Shown piece after piece: positions 61,501 through 64,000 of a stretch of DNA of 64,000 nucleotides. Under the pieces are notes generated by a model that did not search any database, was not told the DNA's origin, and saw only the letters and a list, made by a program, of their open reading frames with translations. The stretch comes from Chrysomallon squamiferum (lineage: Eukaryota > Animalia > Mollusca): assembly GCA_012295275.1 (NCBI GenBank), contig CM022668.1, positions 13,640,001 through 13,704,000 of the forward strand. The letters are read 5' to 3'. The position numbers were made by a program, and so were the translations under genes. Numbering within the stretch: position 1 is the stretch's first letter; every line of letters starts with the position of its first letter.

Positions 61501-61892
61501 TCGAGAGAAAAGATCCTTTGCTGAAGACTGAAATAGAGTAAGCACACTGTAAGACATTGTCAGTTTGATCTTTATATTATTTTTATGATTCTGCAAAACC
61601 ATACATTATATATCATAATTAGATTAAAATCTATTTCTGTCTCTGCATATATAGATATATAGATAGCCAGATAGTTATATGGATGGTCTCCCTCTTTATG
61701 TGTTTCTTTCTTTCCCCTGTTTCCATCAATTTTCTTGTTTTAAATATTAGAAATATTTTAGCAGTTTCAATAAGGACTAATTTTGTTTTCTTTCATAAAT
61801 GATACCAAATAAAAACTGGTTAATTATACATTAAACAGACACAAATATTCACTGCACTTACCAGACATTACTTAATAGGAACAACAACAACA

Positions 61893-61926
<34 letters not shown>

Positions 61927-63910
61927 GTAATAACAATAAAAATAATAAAAATAAATGTCCTCCAACTGGGAGGGCGAAATTAGTCACCTATGATAGTGTA
62001 TTTCATGAGAGGTAATCTAAGTTGTTATTTTCATTCTCCCTAATCCTCATCAAATTAGTTTTGTTGTTGTTGCTGCTGCTAGAGTAATTGTTGTAGCTGT
62101 TGTTAATGATTGTGATATTTAGCAGGAGTGTTTTTATTATTATTGTTGTTTTTTTGTTTCTGTCTAAACACATATATAGTAATGTATACTTGATTGTTAT
62201 TACAAAAATGTGTCTCACTGTTTACCTGCATACTCATTTGCCACTAGGACTTGCAAAATAATTAGCAATGATTTATTGATTTAGGTGTATAATACAGATA
62301 ACCAAAACAATATTTCTGATTCATTTACCTTTATATTTTGTAATATTAATGTGCATGAGTTAGATGTGATATACCAGTTATATAACATTTCAAATGATAA
62401 ACTGTCAATCTTTATGTCTTTCTTTCCCAGTAAGTTTAATTTTGATCTTGTTTCAGGAGCAGCTTTTGTTTCACTGATCTTATGTTGGTCTAGAAACAGC
62501 TTAAGAAACAGATATGCTTTCTGTTAATGAAAAATGGAGAGAAAAGATCCTTTGCTGAAGACTGAAACAGAGCAGGCACACAGTAAGAAACTTGACTTTT
62601 TCACTAATCATTGTTAGTTTATACTATGTTAATCATTCTGCAAAAGCATACACTATCCATCACAATTAGATTAAAATCTATTTCTGTCTCTGTATATTTA
62701 GATATATAGATAGCCAGATAGATATACAGATGACCTCCCTCTTCATGTGTTCCTTTCTTTCCCATGTTTCCATCAATTATCTTGTTTTAAATATTAAAAA
62801 TATTTCAGCAGTTTCAATAAGGACTAATTTTGTTTTCTTTCATCAACGATCCCGAAACAAAAACTGATTAATTATACTTTAAACATACAAATATTCATTG
62901 CAGGTACCAGACATTACTTGATGTTAACAATAAACATCATCAACAACAACAATAACAAAAACAATAATAATAAATGTGCTCCAAGTGGAAGGGCGAAATT
63001 AAATACCTAGGATTCTTTAATTCATTGGAGGTAATCTAAGTTTGTTATTTTCATTCTCCCTAAACCTCGTCAAGTTAGTTTTGTTTCCTTCGCTGGAGTT
63101 TGATTAGTTTTGTTGTTGTTGCTGCTGCTAGTGTAGTTGTTGTTGCTTTTGCTATGATTATGATATTTATTGGGAGTATTTTTATTACTATTATTATTGT
63201 TGTTTTTGTTTCTGTCTACATAGGTGTATAGGAATGTATTTTTGTTTGTTATTGCAAAAACTTGTCTCACTGTTTATCTGCATACATATTTGCCTCTAGG
63301 ACTTACAGAATAATTAGCACTGATTTATTGATTTTGGTGTAAAATACAGATAATCAAAAGTTTATGTTTCTGATTCATTTACGTTTATATTTTGTAGTAT
63401 TAATGTGCATGAGTTAGATATGCTATACCATTCAGTTTCATTTTGATAGGTTTTCAGGAGTGGCTTTTGTTTCCCTGATGTTATGTTGGTCTATAAACAC
63501 TTTAAGAAACAAATATTCTTTCTGTTAATGAAAAACTGTAGAGAAAATTCTTTGCTGAGGACTGTAATAGTAACCCCACTGTAAGATACTTATATTTTTC
63601 ACTAATCATTGTCAGTTTGATCTTTTTACTATATTTATGTTTCTTTAAAACCATACATTATAATTCATAATTAGATTAAAATCTCTTTCTAGATCTGTAT
63701 ATATAGATATATAGATAGCCAGATAGATATCTGGATGATCTCCCTCTATACCTCTTTGTTTCTTTCCCCTGTTTCCATCAATTATCTTGTTTTAAATATT
63801 CATATTTCAGTAGTTTCAATAAGGACTAACTTTATTTTCATTCATAAATGATATAGAAAAAACTGGTTAATTATTCATTGATTAAGCAGACACAAATAAT
63901 CACTGCAGTT
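50650..63910. repeat. Second tandem array of the same ~0.95-1.1 kb unit (about 13 copies)
   Basis: Same marker near 51029, 52054, 53105, 54172, 55228, 56332, 57364, 58425, 59371, 60323, 61421, 62456 and 63457. Confidence 0.92.
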
Positions 63911-64000
63911 AAATTTTTGCAGTCACTTGTAACTCAATTTTTTTCTTTTCTTGCATCAAAAAGTGTTGAATTGCTCAATAGCACTCCATAAATTAAAAAG

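Overview
Very AT-rich, microsatellite-dense eukaryotic DNA, probably an invertebrate animal; the species cannot be determined from sequence alone. It holds part of a tandemly duplicated GIMAP/AIG1 (immune-associated GTPase) cluster on the minus strand. The three AIG1 ORFs are spliced exons with phase-1 acceptors. Gene A has its AIG1 exon at 16912-17996. Gene B can be read as one protein with two AIG1 domains (exons 43612-44409 and 41616-42829). Five copies of a tiny first coding exon (ATG GCT TCN G|gtaaga), two with clear TATA boxes, lie upstream of the two genes. Inside gene A is a tandem array of 0.6-0.7 kb units, each carrying a frame-preserving exon-like cassette (typically 72 bp) that encodes a P/Q/K/V-rich repeat. 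Two arrays of a ~1.05-kb unit (2-13 kb, 51-64 kb) have higher-order structure and appear to be amplified copies of the GIMAP 3'-terminal exon region. The rest is degenerate Tc1/mariner and hAT fragments, segmental duplications and simple repeats. All splicing models are inferred from sequence motifs and phase compatibility and need RNA data.
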